DNA from: Octopus sinensis
Taxonomy: Eukaryota
Assembly: GCF_006345805.1 (NCBI RefSeq)
Contig: NW_021836295.1
Coordinates: 1,965-65,964 of the forward strand
Length of the DNA: 64,000 bases
Reading direction: 5' to 3'
This document shows positions 14,722-28,694 of the stretch, in pieces. Made by a program: the position numbers and the translations under genes. Below the pieces are notes generated by a model. It was given only the letters and a program-made list of their open reading frames with translations. It was not told the DNA's origin and ran no database searches. Every line of letters begins with the position of its first letter. Within the stretch, counting starts at the first letter, position 1.

Positions 14722-14957
14722 TATATGTGTGTACGTTTATATGTATGTCTATATATATATACTATTTGTGTCTAATAAAGAAATAAAAAATAAAGAAATA
14801 ATATACTATTTGTGTGTGTGTGTATATATATATATATGTGTGTATGTATGTATATATATATGTGTGTATGTATATATATATATGTGTGTATGCATATAGA
14901 TATATAGATATATACACACACACACACAAATATATATACATATAATATATTCACACA

Positions 14958-15005
<48 letters not shown>

Positions 15006-15229
15006 TACACACACCTGATATGAGATGTGAGAAAAATAAATATTTGTCTTACACGTTTCGCTTGTAAGAATTGACGTTGCTGGCATATTTTCGGAAATTC
15101 TGTTTGTCATGTGTTGCTATGGTGCTATGCTATGGCGCTCTTGCCTTCCTCTACATCTTCATTTCTACGAAGTAAATTTAGGTGGCGCGCTAGTGACTAA
15201 TGATAGTGATAGCTAGTAGTAGTAGTAGT

Positions 15230-15271
<42 letters not shown>

Positions 15272-15330
15272 TAGTAGAGGCGGTGGTGACAGTGGTGATG
15301 GTGGTGGTTGTTGTAACAGCAGCAGCAGTG

Positions 15331-15376
<46 letters not shown>

Positions 15377-16130
15377 CAGCAACAGTGGTGGTGATGGTGG
15401 TGGTGGAGGTGGTGGTGTGATGGAGTTGTAGTAATGGCGGTGGTGGTGGTGGTGGTGGTGGTGGTGGTAGTGCTGGTAGTGGTAGTTGTGCTGGTGGTGG
15501 CTGGGTGGGATTTGGTAGTGGTGTTAGTATTATTGTGTTGGTGGTGTTGCTGGTGGTAGTGGTAGTGGTGGTGGTGGTGGTGGCGGTAGTAGTAGTAGTA
15601 TTAGTAGAGTAGTAGTAGTAGTAGTAGTATAGTAGTAGTAGTAGTACTAGTCTTCTTTTTAACGATGTCGGTGTTCACGGTGGTAGCAATGATGGTTATA
15701 ACAGCCGTGCTTGTGATTGTAGCTGTTGTTGCTGATATTGTTCCTATCATTATTATTGCTGTTGTTGTTGATGTTGTTGTTACCGTCGCTGTTGTTGTTG
15801 TTGTTGTTGTTTTCGTAATGATTGCCGTTTCAATGGTTGTTGGCAATAGTTTTCATCGCTTTAACGTTGGCTGTGGTGATAATGCTGAATGCGATTAATA
15901 ATACCCAATTTGTTACTAGATCTCGCAGATATCAGATGAAAGGACTTTGTGCAATGAGATACCCTTTATATTTTATCTGACAATACTGTATCTGGGATGG
16001 TGATATCTATTGTAGTCTTTTTCAAAGATGATAGAGTATGAATTGAAGAAGATGTAGCAGATATTTTTAGCAGAAGAGGCGACTCCACACGCATTAGCTG
16101 TTTCTTAAAATCATTGTCTCTCCTTTCCAG

Positions 16131-16184
16131 ATCAGACATCTTGGTTTCACAGTTTGGCATAGCACCAGCAAGTTTGTGGAAGTA
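16131..16184 (+). CDS. Candidate 54-nt exon (IRHLGFTVWHSTSKFVEV, or SDILVSQFGIAPASLWK in another frame)
   Basis: Acceptor TTGTCTCTCCTTTCCAG and donor GTAAGT; two open frames. Confidence 0.4.
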
Positions 16185-16189
16185 GTAAG

Positions 16190-17358
16190 TAGATTACATC
16201 GACACCAGAGCTCAACTGGTATTTATTTTATCGATCCCAAAAGGATAAAAGGCAAAGTCGACTACGACGGAACGTAAGGACGGAAGAAATGCCGCAAAGC
16301 ATTCAACTCGGTATGCTAACGGTTCTTATTTCTTTACTGCCCACAAGGGGCTACACACAAAGGAGACAAACAAGGACAGACAAACGGATTAAGTAGATTA
16401 TATCGACCCCAGTGCGTAACTGGTACTTATTTAATCGAACCCGAAAGGATGAAAGGCAAAGTTGACATCGGCGGAATTTGAACTCACAACATAAAGACAG
16501 GCGAAACAACGCTAAGCATTTCGTCCGGCGTGCTAACGTTTCTTATTTCTTTATTGCCCGCAAGGGGCTAAACATAGAGAGGACGAACAAATACAGACAA
16601 GAGATTAAGTCGATTACACCGACCCCAGTGCGCAACTGGTACTTAATTTATCGACCCCGAAAGGATGAAAGGTAAAGTCAACTACGGTGGAATTTGAACT
16701 CAGAACGTAAAGTCAAGCGAAATACCTATTTCTTTACTACCCACAAGGGGCTAAACATAGAGAGGACAAACAAGGACAAACGAATTAAGTCGTTTATATC
16801 GACCCCAGTGCGTAACCGGTATTTAATTTATCGACCCCGAAAGGATGAAAGGCAAAGTCGGCCTCGGCGGAATTTGAACTCAGAACGCAGCGGCGGACGA
16901 AATACCACGAAGCATTTCACCCGGCGTGCTAACGATTCTGCCAGCTCGACGCGCTAAAAATAATCTTTTCTATTCTAGAGACAAGGCCCGAAATTGTGGG
17001 GGAGGGATCCAGTTGATTAGAACGACCTCTGTAAGCAAATGGTACTTAATTTATCGACCCCAAAAGGATGAAAGGCAAAGTCGACCTCGGCGGAATTTGA
17101 ACTCAACACATAAAGACAGGCGAAATACATATTTCTTTACTGCCCACAAGGGGCTACACACAAAGGGGACAAAGAAGGACAGACAAACGGATTAAGTCGA
17201 TTATATCCACCCCAGTGCGTAACTGGTACTTATTTAATCGACCCCGAAAGGATGAAAGGCAAAGTCGTCCTCGGCAGAATTAGAACTCAGAACGTTGCGG
17301 CAGACGAAATACAGCTAAGCATTTCGCCCGGCATGCTAACGTTTCTGCCAGCTCGCTG
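16190..17358 (-). mobile_element. SINE S2 tandem array, about 6 units
   Basis: GGATGAAAGG(C/T)AAAGT motif recurs about every 200 bp in one orientation. Confidence 0.8.
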
Positions 17359-18294
17359 TCTTAGACCAGACAAATATTAAAAAAGAAGAGATAGGCACAG
17401 ATATAGTGACAGCACCAATAATCATATTAGCTTTAAAACATGCTAGGATGTACACCAAATTTAATGGAACAGAACCTGCAATGTCCGGTTGAATTCAGCT
17501 TGCTCCGTTTCGTTACGATCACCACCGAAGTACGAGAGGTTCTCAAAAGTTCCTTGCTTTGGGTAAAAGAAAATACAAGAGGATCAGTTAATTATGATTT
17601 CATCCAACATGTCATCCTCTCAGATTTACACATTTATTGTAGCAGTCCTTCAGTTTTTCTTCTAAGCCCTTAAAAGAACTCGGGACGTTGAGCCTCCAAC
17701 CTCCCCTTTCGCGATACTCTAAAAGCCAGGAACGTTTCTGCACCACCACACCACCCTTGCATGTGAGTGAACAGAAGCAGACAGGGTAATGGAGAAAGGT
17801 CAAAATGCCCAAACTGGCCCACTGCAACCCTTATAATCCTTTTCTATGTGTGTGGGTGTGCAATGAGGTTCATGAATTGGTGGAGACACAATATAAAGGG
17901 AAGGGGATTCTATTCTACGAGTCATTAGTCCAACAGGACTGTCCTGGGGCATAATGATAATGACAACAGCAATAACAACAACTTGGTGTATGATGCACAA
18001 ATATTTAAGACCAGAGAGGAAAACAACGAGATGGAAGAGAGTTCCAGGGTGTGGCATTTAGAAGGTTAAAGTACGACTCCAATAAGACTGCCTCATTCGT
18101 GGAAGCAGAACAGTATTTGGTTGAAGACGATGAGGGTTTCGAATCAGAGGAGATGCTACAAAATGATCAGGAACTGTAAGTGAAAGTTCATCAGAGCGCT
18201 TCTTCTGGTGGTAACGATAGAAACAGAGAAGACTGACACTGGTGACGTCACGTCGTCCTTGATACCGTGGTGGTGGTGGTGGTGATGGTCGTCG

Positions 18295-18780
18295 TCGTCG
18301 TCTCCTTCTTTCTCTTCTTTCCCTTCTTTCTCTTCTTCTTTTTATTTCTCTTTTTTCTCTTCTTTCTCTTTCTCTTCTTCTTTCTCTTTCTTCTTTCTCT
18401 TCTTCTTTCTCTTTCTTCTTTCTCTTCTTCTTCGTTCTATTTCTTCTTTCTCTTCTTCTTCTTTCTCTTTCTTCTTTCTCTTCTTCTTCTTTCTCTTTCT
18501 TCTTTCTCTTCTTCTTCTTCTTCTTCTTCTTTCTTTTCTTCCTCTTCTTTCTTTTCTTCTTCTTTTTCTTCATTCTTCTTTCTCGTTTTCTTCTTCTTTC
18601 TCTTCTTCTTCTGCTTATTCTTCATTCGCTCCTTTTCCCTTCTTTCTCTTCTTTTTTCTCTTCTTTCTCTTCTTTCTTTTGTTCTTTTTCTTCTTCTTTC
18701 TCTTCTTTTTTCTCGTCCTTCTTCTTCTTCTTCTTCTTCTTCTTCTTCTTCTTCTTCTTCTTCTTCTTCTACTTCTTCTT
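18295..18780. repeat. Polypyrimidine (CTT/CT)n tract
   Basis: Direct reading. Confidence 0.95.
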
Positions 18781-19084
18781 CGACCCAGTCTTACATGTAA
18801 GCATTATCGAATGTGTTCTTCCTTGTTAAAGACAGCAGAATGTATAAAATTTGACTGCTATTGCTAGCATGACAGAGACCACGCAGAACATTCCTCGTTC
18901 CTTTGGACATCTTGCCGTCAATGTTGATATTGAAGCTTATCACAAATTCGACGCTAGATAAATATGACATACGATCGAAATTGTTCCAAGTAATACCAGA
19001 GTGTCTTTCTGTGCCTTTAGGTTGTGATTTGTAGAAAATGTGGCTGCTATTTCTAGTTGGTGCACCTTGTGTCTCGTTGCATCT

Positions 19085-19487
19085 CGTTTACTCGTTTACT
19101 TGTTTCAGTCATTTAACTGCGGCCATGCTGGGGCACCGCCTTAAGTCGAGCAAATCGACCCCGGGACTTATTCTTTGTAAGCCCAGTACTTATTCTATCA
19201 GTCTCTTTTGCCGAACCGCTAATTGACGGGGACGTAAACACACCAGCATCGGTTGTCAAGCAATGCTAGGGGGACAAACACAGACACACAAGCACACACA
19301 TACATATATATATATACATATATACGACAGGCTTCTTTCAGTTTCCGTCAACCAAATCCACTCACAAGGCATTGGTCGGCCCGGGGCTATAGCAGAAGAC
19401 ACTTGCCCAAGATGCCACGCAGTGGGACTGAACCCGGAACCATGTGGCTGGTTAGCAAGCTACTTACCACACAGCCACTCCTGCGCC
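19085..19487 (-). mobile_element. SINE S1
   Basis: Same consensus. Confidence 0.85.
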
Positions 19488-20055
19488 TTTTAAAAAAAAA
19501 CGTAATCGAAAACTGACATTTCCTTTAATTTTCATAAAATCAATAAATTAAAATGCGAGCAATTATACAGGAAAACTGTGGACGACTTGTCCCCCGTGAG
19601 AATCTTATTAAAATTCGGCTACATTAGCAATTACAACAATAACAAGTAGAAGAGCAACAATTACAAAAGCAACGACAGCAATCACTACGTATTAAGGAAA
19701 TAAGAAAAAGCCATTTCTTTGATAAGGCATTCTAAAGTAGAAAGACCGACATAACATTTGTAAAAGAAATTTGAGAACGACAAAAAAATACAGTCGCAGC
19801 TACGACATAGAATATGATAAGATTAGATAAGCGGTTGTGTCATAAAAAGGAAGGTGTATACGTATGTACATAAGATATACACACATACATACATACAGAC
19901 ACACACGGACATATATATCTACATATTTATGTATATCCATATATGTACATATAAATATATATATATATATATAGACAGATAGATAAATATATATATATAG
20001 ACAGATAGATATATATATATGTATATACGTATATATATATTTATATATATATATG

Positions 20056-20102
<47 letters not shown>

Positions 20103-20308
20103 TATGTATGTATGCATATGTGTAGGAAGGTCGGTAGGTTTGTAGGTAGAGAATGAGAGAATGGGTGTAGGTGAAAATGGATACTCGCGATACTCTAAGC
20201 AGCAACAGAGTAATCTCATCAGAAGGAGAAATAATTACACTCTCCTTCTGTATCGAGTACATATTACCTCCCCCTTATAAACACTAACACATACACACAC
20301 ACATGTGC

Positions 20309-20390
<82 letters not shown>

Positions 20391-20704
20391 ATGAATATAT
20401 ACATATATAACACACACACACACACACATTGTGTGTGAGTCTGTGGTAGGTTGGATTATCTCAAAATTAATGTCAGGAACCTAGATACATTGATATGCCA
20501 AGGACATTATCTTTCCTAATATCCTTCTCAACAGCGGAATTCTTGTGAGAAAATTGAATGCAGTAAACTTGAACATTGTTATATGTTTATGTTTGGCAAT
20601 AAAACTCATAGGCAAAATGAAAATGCGTTTATATACACACTGCAACAACACATAAATATATAAATACACACACACACACCACACACACACATATTATATA
20701 TATA

Positions 20705-20745
<41 letters not shown>

Positions 20746-21099
20746 TGAATATATCCAATACCTTTGTATGTGAAAGCTTGTTTGCGTGAATTTGTCCGAG
20801 CGTATGTCTACTTCAGTGAATGAATTTTTTTGATCACTATGATAAATAAAAACTTGTTACAGGGTGACAGAGTGTGTAATTTGGCGGGAGGTATTGGCTG
20901 ATTTACACTGGCATCATTACTTACTTGGTACAGTATCTTATTGACGCCCCGGATAGTTTTGAACTCAGAATGCAAAGATTCGGAAAAAATAAATACTGCA
21001 AGAAATGTTTACTCGATGCACTAAAGATTTTGTCGGCGGCTCTCCACTTCAATGCCCCCAACAAATAATATTGGTTTCAAATTTTGGCAGCAATTTCAG

Positions 21100-22095
21100 C
21101 GAAGGAGATAAGTCGATTACGTCGATCCCAATACTCAACTAGTACTTATTTAATCGACCCTGAGAGAATGAAAGGTAAAATTTGAACTCAGAACGTAAGG
21201 ATGGACGAAATGCTGCAAAGTATTTGCCCCGTGTGTGCTAACGATTCTGTCAGCTTACCGCGTTTCCTTCTGGAGCAATGCCAGGTTTCAGTGGCGTAGA
21301 AATTCCCCACCTGGACGGGACGCCGATCAGTTGCAGCGTTACTCATTTTTGCCAGCTAAGTGGACTGGAGCAACGTGAAATGAAGTGTTTTGCTCAAGAA
21401 CACAACGCATCACCCGGTCCAGGAATCAAAACCATACTATTATGATCATGAGTCCAACACGCTAACCACAAACCCATGCGCCTCCACTCTTTTCTGCTAT
21501 AGGCACAAGGCCTGAAATTTTGGCGGAAGGGGTTAATCGATTACATCGATCCCAGTATTCAACTGGTACTTAATTTATCGACCTCGAAAGGATAAAAGGC
21601 AGACGAAATACCTATTTCTTTACTACCCTCAAGGGGCTAAACACAGAGAGGACAAATAAGGACAGACAAACGGATTAAGTCGATTATATCGACCCCAGTG
21701 CGTAACTGGTACTTATTTAATCGACCCCGAAAGGATGAAAGGCACAGTCGACCTCGGCGGAATTTGAACTCAGACGAAATACCGCTAATCTTTTCGCTCG
21801 GCATGCTAACGATTCTGCCAGCTTACCGCCATGCTAACCAATATTGTCTTCAAATTTTGGCGCATGGCCAGCGAGTTCGTAAAGGGGCAGAGGTAGTGGG
21901 GTAGTCTATTATATCGACCCTAGTACATAACTGCTACTTATTTTATCGGCCCAGAAAGAATGAAAGGCTTTGGCAGAATTCGAACTCAGAACGTAAAATT
22001 GGGCAAAATACTTACCAACATTTTTGCCTGGTGTGCTAACGATTCTCCCATCAATATTTTTGCCTGGTGGGCTAACGATTCTGCCAGCTCACCGA
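21100..22095 (-). mobile_element. Cluster of S2 units plus one other tRNA-derived SINE (about 21262-21490)
   Basis: Several S2 cores. The middle element has a tRNA-like head and GTTCTTGAGCAAAACAC on the minus strand. Confidence 0.7.
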
Positions 22096-22217
22096 CTTAA
22101 CTAACGGTAATATTTATATTCTTAATGTTTTCTTTATTTACCTCAAAGTAATGAACGGAGTGACATAAAATGGCAGATTGTAATACGGGGGTGATTTTAT
22201 TTTATTTTATTTTAAAA

Positions 22218-22464
22218 CCCATTAGTGCCCCAATTTTTTTTTTTATTTGATTTATTACCAAAAATCCTTTTTTATACAACTTTTTTCTGATACTATATCT
22301 ATAAACTTTTTTCTGATACTATATCTATAAAAAAATTATTACAATATTTGAACGACATTCCAGTCTTGATTACGAACAAAAGATATCTCAGAAAAATACA
22401 GGTGTTGCAGAAATATGATGGATTATCCTTCTGGTCCTAAAAAAGGACCATGGGTGCTAATGGG
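22218..22464. mobile_element. piggyBac-like MITE
   Basis: Termini CCCATTAGTGCCC / GGGTGCTAATGGG (11/13 inverted). Right flank TTAA; left flank degenerate (TAAAA). Confidence 0.4.
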
Positions 22465-23039
22465 TTAAGAATGGAAGGGAGGTATGAAAAAAGAAAATAG
22501 AATTGAAATAACCCCAATGGATGTACGGCCACCTTGGAACAATCGGAGAATATAACAGAAATCCCAGATCTTCGCGACCACCATATGAATGTGCACCCAT
22601 TATAAATTTCTACCTACGTCCTATAGATGCATCTTCAGAGTAAACTCACCCACCCAGCGCATGCTCGTCTCTTTCACCCAACTTCGAGAGCAGTGTTCCT
22701 GTCGCTACCGACAGCTGTTCACCTATCATCAGACACAGTACAATTTGTCTGCGTTTGCATCAGCACACACAGGGCATCGACGCGGTAATTGTCAGACGGT
22801 TGCAACTGCCTGTCACTGTTGCCTGTCTCTTCCTTTCCCTATTTCTGTTGCGTCTTTTCTTTGTCTGCCCCGCTTCCATTCGTCTCTATAACTTATTCTA
22901 GTTGTCTGTAACTGTCAGCCGATCCTTCCATCAGTTTCTACTGCACATAATATTCCCTTTACTACAAGTAGTTATTTTATTCGTCACATTTTTTTCTGGT
23001 GCATGAACGCTTTCAGAAGCAATAAGTAATCTCGCCAGG

Positions 23040-23440
23040 CGTAGGAGTGGCTGTGTGGTAAGTAGCTTACTTACAAACCACATGGTTCCGGGTTCAGTCC
23101 CACTGCGGGCAAGTGTCTTCTACTATTGCCTCGGGCCGACCAAAGCCTTGTGAGTAGATTTGGTAGACGGAAACTGAAAGAATCCCCTCGTATATATGTA
23201 TATATATACATATGTATGTGCGTGTATACGTTTGTGTGTCTGTGTTTGTCACCCCCACCCAACATCGTTTGACAAGCAATGCTGGTGTGTTTACATCCCC
23301 GTAACTTAGCGGTTCGGCAAAAACGACCGATAGAATGAGTACTAGGCTTACAAAGAATAAGTCCTGAGGTCGATTTGCTCGACTAAAGGTGGTACTCCAG
23401 CATGGCCACAGTCAAATGACCGAAACAAGGAAAAAGAGGA
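23040..23440 (+). mobile_element. SINE S1
   Basis: Same consensus. Confidence 0.8.
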
Positions 23441-24248
23441 GACCATATTTAGAAACATTCCACTTAATAGCATGATTAGAGAAATACACAACTGTGATTA
23501 GGGTTAATAGGCATCTGAAGGTACCGCATTCACTGATGCTCATTTCCAGATCCTTACATCCAGTACCTGACCTTTTCCCACAATTCCTACAATAACCATC
23601 ATATGGTTATTTCCGGTTGTACCCGTACTACTTGCTCTTCCGTGTCAGTACGGTAAATGAAGGGTACGAAACTCATACACAGAATAGTAGAGTGCCTCTT
23701 CACTTTCGCTTCTGTGTGAAATCGCAGCAGCGTGATTGGCCATATCTCCCTCAAATATCTTTAAAACACTTTTTTCTGATCGAGAAGGTCAAGGTTCCAG
23801 TAACCATGGTTCCACTGACTTATTATAACCTTTATTACTAAGGAGGCAAGCTGGTAGTCTCGTTCGCATGCCAGACAAAATGATTAGCGGTTTTTCGTTC
23901 GTCTTTGCGTTTTGAGTACAAATTTTGCCTATCATCCTTTCAAGGTCGATAAAATAAGTACCCCACAAAATTTCAGGCCTTGGACCTTTAGTAGAAAGTA
24001 TTATTATAGCCGCACTTATTGTTTTTGTTGTTGCTGTTTTTTCTAACATAGATATAAAGGCATAATGTCATCCATTGTGACGGATTTTATTGTCAAGTAT
24101 ATTTTGCTGGTGTTTATTTTTACGATCTTGGTGGAATTTGAACTCAGAACATAGGGAGGGATAATTAAATAATTGCTGTTAAGGCAAAGGTTGTTGGTGT
24201 GGGAGAAAAAAAGGAAGTATTATGTACAGTAGAAACTAAAGGAATAAT

Positions 24249-24832
24249 GGCGGCGAGAGGGCGAAATGCGTAGCCGTATTTCGTCTGCCGCTACGTTCTG
24301 AGCTCAAATTTTGCCAAGGTCGACTTTGCCTTTCATCCTTTCGGGGTCGATTAAATAAGTACCAGTTACGCACTGGGGTCGATATAACCGACTTAATCTG
24401 TTTGTCTGTCCTTTTTTGTCCTCTCTGTGTTTAGCCCTTTGTGGGTAGTAAAGAATAGGTATTCCGCCTGCCGTTACGTTGTGAGTTCAAATTCCGCCGA
24501 GGGTGACTTTGCCTTTCACCTTTTCGGGGTCGATAAATTAAGTACCAGTTGTGTACTGGGATCGATCTAATCGACTTAATCCGTCTGTCTGTCTTTGTTT
24601 GTCCCCTCTGTGTTTAACCCCCTGTGGGTAGTAAAGAAATAGAAATAGGTATTTCGCCAGCCATTACGTTCTGAGTTTAAATTCCGCCGAGGTCGACTTT
24701 GCCTTTCATCCTTTCGGGGTCGATTAAATAAGTACCAGTTACGTACTGGGGTAGATCTAATCGACTTAATCCGTCTGTCTGTCCTTGTTTGTCTCCTCTG
24801 TGTGTAACCCCTTGTGGGCAGTAAAGAAATAA
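24249..24832 (+). mobile_element. SINE S2 trimer
   Basis: Three core+tail units joined at GAA(A)TA|GGTATT. Confidence 0.8.
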
Positions 24833-25839
24833 GAAACTGAAGGAATGATTATCTGACAGGTACAGACAATCAGAATAAGTGACAGAGACGAAAAGAAAGA
24901 GATAAATAGGGGAAGAAATAGAGAAGGAGAGAAAGAAGAAGTAAGGTATCGGTGATAGAGAGACAGAGAAATAGACAGACGGTAAAAAAAAAAATGTAGA
25001 AATATAGGTAGGAAGAATGGTAGGGAAGTGTGAAATCTGTACAGAACGTAAAGTGAAAAATAAGATAGACAGTGCCAGACATACACAGACATAAAAAGAA
25101 AAAGTAGGAATTGAGACGTGAAAAAATTATATAACGAACAGATTAAAGAGAGAGAGTGAGAACGAAAGTGACAGAGAGAAAGAGAGACAGGAGATAGGGA
25201 GAGCGACAGACAGAAGATGTCATTGCTATTTATTTTACCGTTTTTATTTAAGCCGAGTGAAAGTTCTTTGACACATTCTATGGCGAGTCGAGATATTAAA
25301 CAAACAAGTACAATCCTCCTGTGGTATGAAGTTGTTGATATAATATAAATACGTTAATTATATCATATGCACACACATACAGATAGAAATTGTAGCATGA
25401 ACGTCTATGCACATATACAAAGAAACGTTCGCATATATACAGACGCGTGCACAGACACTCAGAAATACCGATACATATAAACGCATACATTTATCTGGAG
25501 AAACACGGCAACACATATGCAAATGTATAATTCACGTATTATATCGTTTATACGTATATAATCTAATTATTTACATAAATATATCATATAATCAATGTTA
25601 CGAAAAGTATCGTATATTTGGTAAGGATATAACCTACACGAGTAAGGCGGCGAGCTGACAGAATCGTCGACGTGCCGAACAAAACAATCAGCAGCATTTA
25701 GGCCGACTTTATATTCTTCCTCTTTCTCTTTATGCACTTGCACGATGGGGCTGGGATCATCCCAGATTAGGGGTCTCAGTGGCGTCATTGTTCGTAGTTC
25801 AAATTCCACCGAGGAATTTAGAAAACCTAAATTGAGTCG

Positions 25840-26150
25840 GGTGGAGACACATGGCCTAGTGGTTAGAGCAGCGGAGCCGCGGTCGAGGAATCGCGGGTTC
25901 GAATCTCAGACCGGGTGATGTGTGTGCTTATGAGCGAAACACCTAAGCTCCATGCGGCTCCGGCAGAAGGTAATGGCGAACTTCTGCTGACTCTTTCGCC
26001 ACAACTTTCTCTCACTCTTTCCTCCTGCATCTTGCAGCTCACCTGCGACGGACCGGCGTCCCGTTCAGGTGGGGAGCCTATACGCCAAGGAAACCGTGAA
26101 AACCGGCCCTATGAGCCAGGTATGGCTCGAGAAGGAACAAACAAATTGAG
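25840..26150 (+). mobile_element. SINE S3 variant
   Basis: TGGCCTAGTGGTTAG A-box and GGTTCGAATC B-box. Homologue at 36690-36975 (-). Confidence 0.8.
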
Positions 26151-27283
26151 TCGGACTTTCATTATTTGCAAGCTCTTCAACACGCCGATAATCTTTCATT
26201 CTGAAAAGGACCCAGTGTAGTTCGGGTCTCGAAGCGGGCAAAAACGTCCTACATCCCCATTACGATTTCAGTAGCGCATTTGTTATGAATAAAGTGTTAA
26301 AGGCTCGAACATCCTGCTTGTAGTCCCTCCCCCACCCTTGGAGAGGGGTCCCATCCAATTACATATTTAATCATAATCTGATCCAAATTATTTGTACAAA
26401 TCCACTATAGCATCTATTAATCCTTCCTTTCTTCATGAAACACTGTGAAAACAATGGAGATGCCCCAGCCGTCACCTTACTCTACCCTTAAGTTCAATTT
26501 CCTTTTGGGGTGGTTTCTTTTAGTTTGTGTCTATAGTTATTTCTCTGAAAGGTTGTCCTAGTTGTTCGTCCACCATCTTCTTACCACAAAGCAATGAAGT
26601 AGTGCAATGAAGAAGACCTCAGCATTGCTCGCTTTTAGAGCCGAGGTTGAGGTAGGCTTTCCAGCCGCCATCGGAGTGACAACCGAGTAGTTATGAGACA
26701 GAAGTTGTTACTAGAAAAACCGCCCTCGCAACTATGGTCGCCGGTGCTTCGTAGACGAAGACCTGCTGCTCCCCGCTGTCTTAACTTCTCTTCAGTTTCT
26801 TCAGCTTTTAATGAGACGCTTGCTTTCAATTCTATAACAACTGTACTTTTATTCATCAGTCTCATCACTTATTCTCAGCATGTGCCTGTGATCTTCAAAG
26901 GTCATTAGAACTTGTCTGTTCATGCTGATCTTTCTTAACCACATGTTATTCTTCACTATTTGTACAATTATCAACCGCCTATATTGTGCTGTCACGTTGA
27001 GAACTAACCAGGGTCAATGACACTTGCGAGGATCTCGTTGCCTCTAGGTTACGCTGCCCCATGTACAAGGATATAAACCTAGAAACAATTTCTCAGAAAT
27101 CTCCGCGTTGCGCTGCATCTCGCCATCGGTTTTGAAAATGAAACAGCAGTGTCCTAACTTCTGCCCTTCTTTAAGAGCAAGATACTCGTTCAGATGTCTG
27201 TTAGGATTCCTGCATCTGGTCCCACGAAGATACAGAGAATCCCACCACCACCGATTCTTTTGTAAGCGATATGTCTTTTTCTC

Positions 27284-27507
27284 TCTTTTACTTGTTTAGG
27301 TCATTTGACTGTGGCCATGCTGGAGCACCGCCTTTAGTCGAGCAAATCTACCCCAGAATTTATTCTTTGTAAGCCTAGTGCTTATTCTATCCGTCTCTTG
27401 TGCCGAACCGCTAAGTTACGGGAACGTAAACACACGAGCATCGGCTGTCAAGTGATGTTGGGGGGGGAGACAAACACAGACATGCAAACACACACACACA
27501 CACACAC

Positions 27508-27593
<86 letters not shown>

Positions 27594-27768
27594 CAGACAT
27601 ATATACGACGGGCTTCTTTCAGTTTCTGTCTACCAAATCCACTCACAAGGCTTCGGTCGGCCCGAGGCTATAGTAGAAGACACTTGCCCAAGGTACCACG
27701 CAGTGGGAATGACCCCGGGACAATGTGGTTGGTAAGTAAGCTACTTACCACACAGCCACTCCTACGCC
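27284..27768 (-). mobile_element. SINE S1
   Basis: Same consensus, with internal TA/GATA expansion. Confidence 0.8.
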
Positions 27769-28043
27769 TAAGTAATAGCCCACTCCTATGAAAATTTTCT
27801 AGCAAGAAAATATGCACTTTCAGTATGATTTGGCCAAGTTTTTGTTTTAAGCTATGATTTTTTAAATATTCAAACAACAACAAATCGAAACAAAAGAGGG
27901 TAGAAGGTAAAGACGCCCCCTCCGGTCATAAACCATCATGGGATAGCATCTAGAAAGTCCCCCCCCCCCGAGGCACCAGTCTCTTAGCACTACTCAGTCG
28001 CTACCTTAAGATACAATTTGAACATATATATATATATATATAT

Positions 28044-28350
28044 GAGAGACCCCCTTCGGTCATGAGTGACCATGGGATTGCACCTAGAAAGTTACCCTCC
28101 CAAGCACATTCGGGGCAAGGTTGTTTATGGAAGACGAGCAGTCGCCCATGCATACCAGCCTCCCCTCTCTACGCCACCAATGTTTTCCAAGGAAAAGGCA
28201 AATTCCGATACAGCTTGGCACCTGTGACGTGGCAACTCATTTCTACAGCTGAGTGAACTGGAGCAACGTGAAATAAAGTGTCTTGCTCAAGAGCACAACA
28301 CACAGACCGATCAAGAAATCGAACTCACGGCCTCATAATTGTGAGCCCGA
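28044..28350 (-). mobile_element. SINE family S4
   Basis: Aligns with 52741-53074; GTTCTTGAGCAAGACAC core on the minus strand. Confidence 0.7.
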
Positions 28351-28546
28351 TGTAAACAAAGCAAGTAACACTAATATTTATACTTTAAAAGATATGCAGT
28401 CAGATACATCTTGCACTATGATACGATCAAGGTTATTAACTAAATTCATAATCGAAGCAGAGTTTTCAAGTTGTCCTGGTCGAAAAGTGTAGTTTCCTAT
28501 ATAACCACTAGACTGTATTACATAATATAAGGGTGATGACCTGTAA

Positions 28547-28694
28547 GCGGACATCCATTATACTAGAAGATCTGCCATGGTCTTACCACTAAGAAAGGAA
28601 TGTTCTCAAGAAAATTTAGCAAACTTTCTTGAGAACATTCCTTTCTTAGCGGTAAGACCATAGCGGATCTTCTTCTAGCATAATGGATATCCAC
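28547..28694. repeat. About 67-bp-arm hairpin
   Basis: Core AAGAAAGGAATGTTCTCAAGAAA / TTTCTTGAGAACATTCCTTTCTT is perfect; 11-nt loop. Confidence 0.88.

Noticed and set aside
15966-16160. 64-aa minus-strand ORF as a gene
   Set aside because: No recognisable motif; the plus-strand splice signals explain the region at least as well.
22560-22960. RTE-like 3' remnant
   Set aside because: Only vague similarity; no diagnostic motif recovered.
25840-25915. tRNA gene
   Set aside because: A/B boxes continue into a SINE body found elsewhere in the window; no convincing acceptor stem.
26200-27280. Decayed coding sequence
   Set aside because: Short open frames without identifiable motifs.
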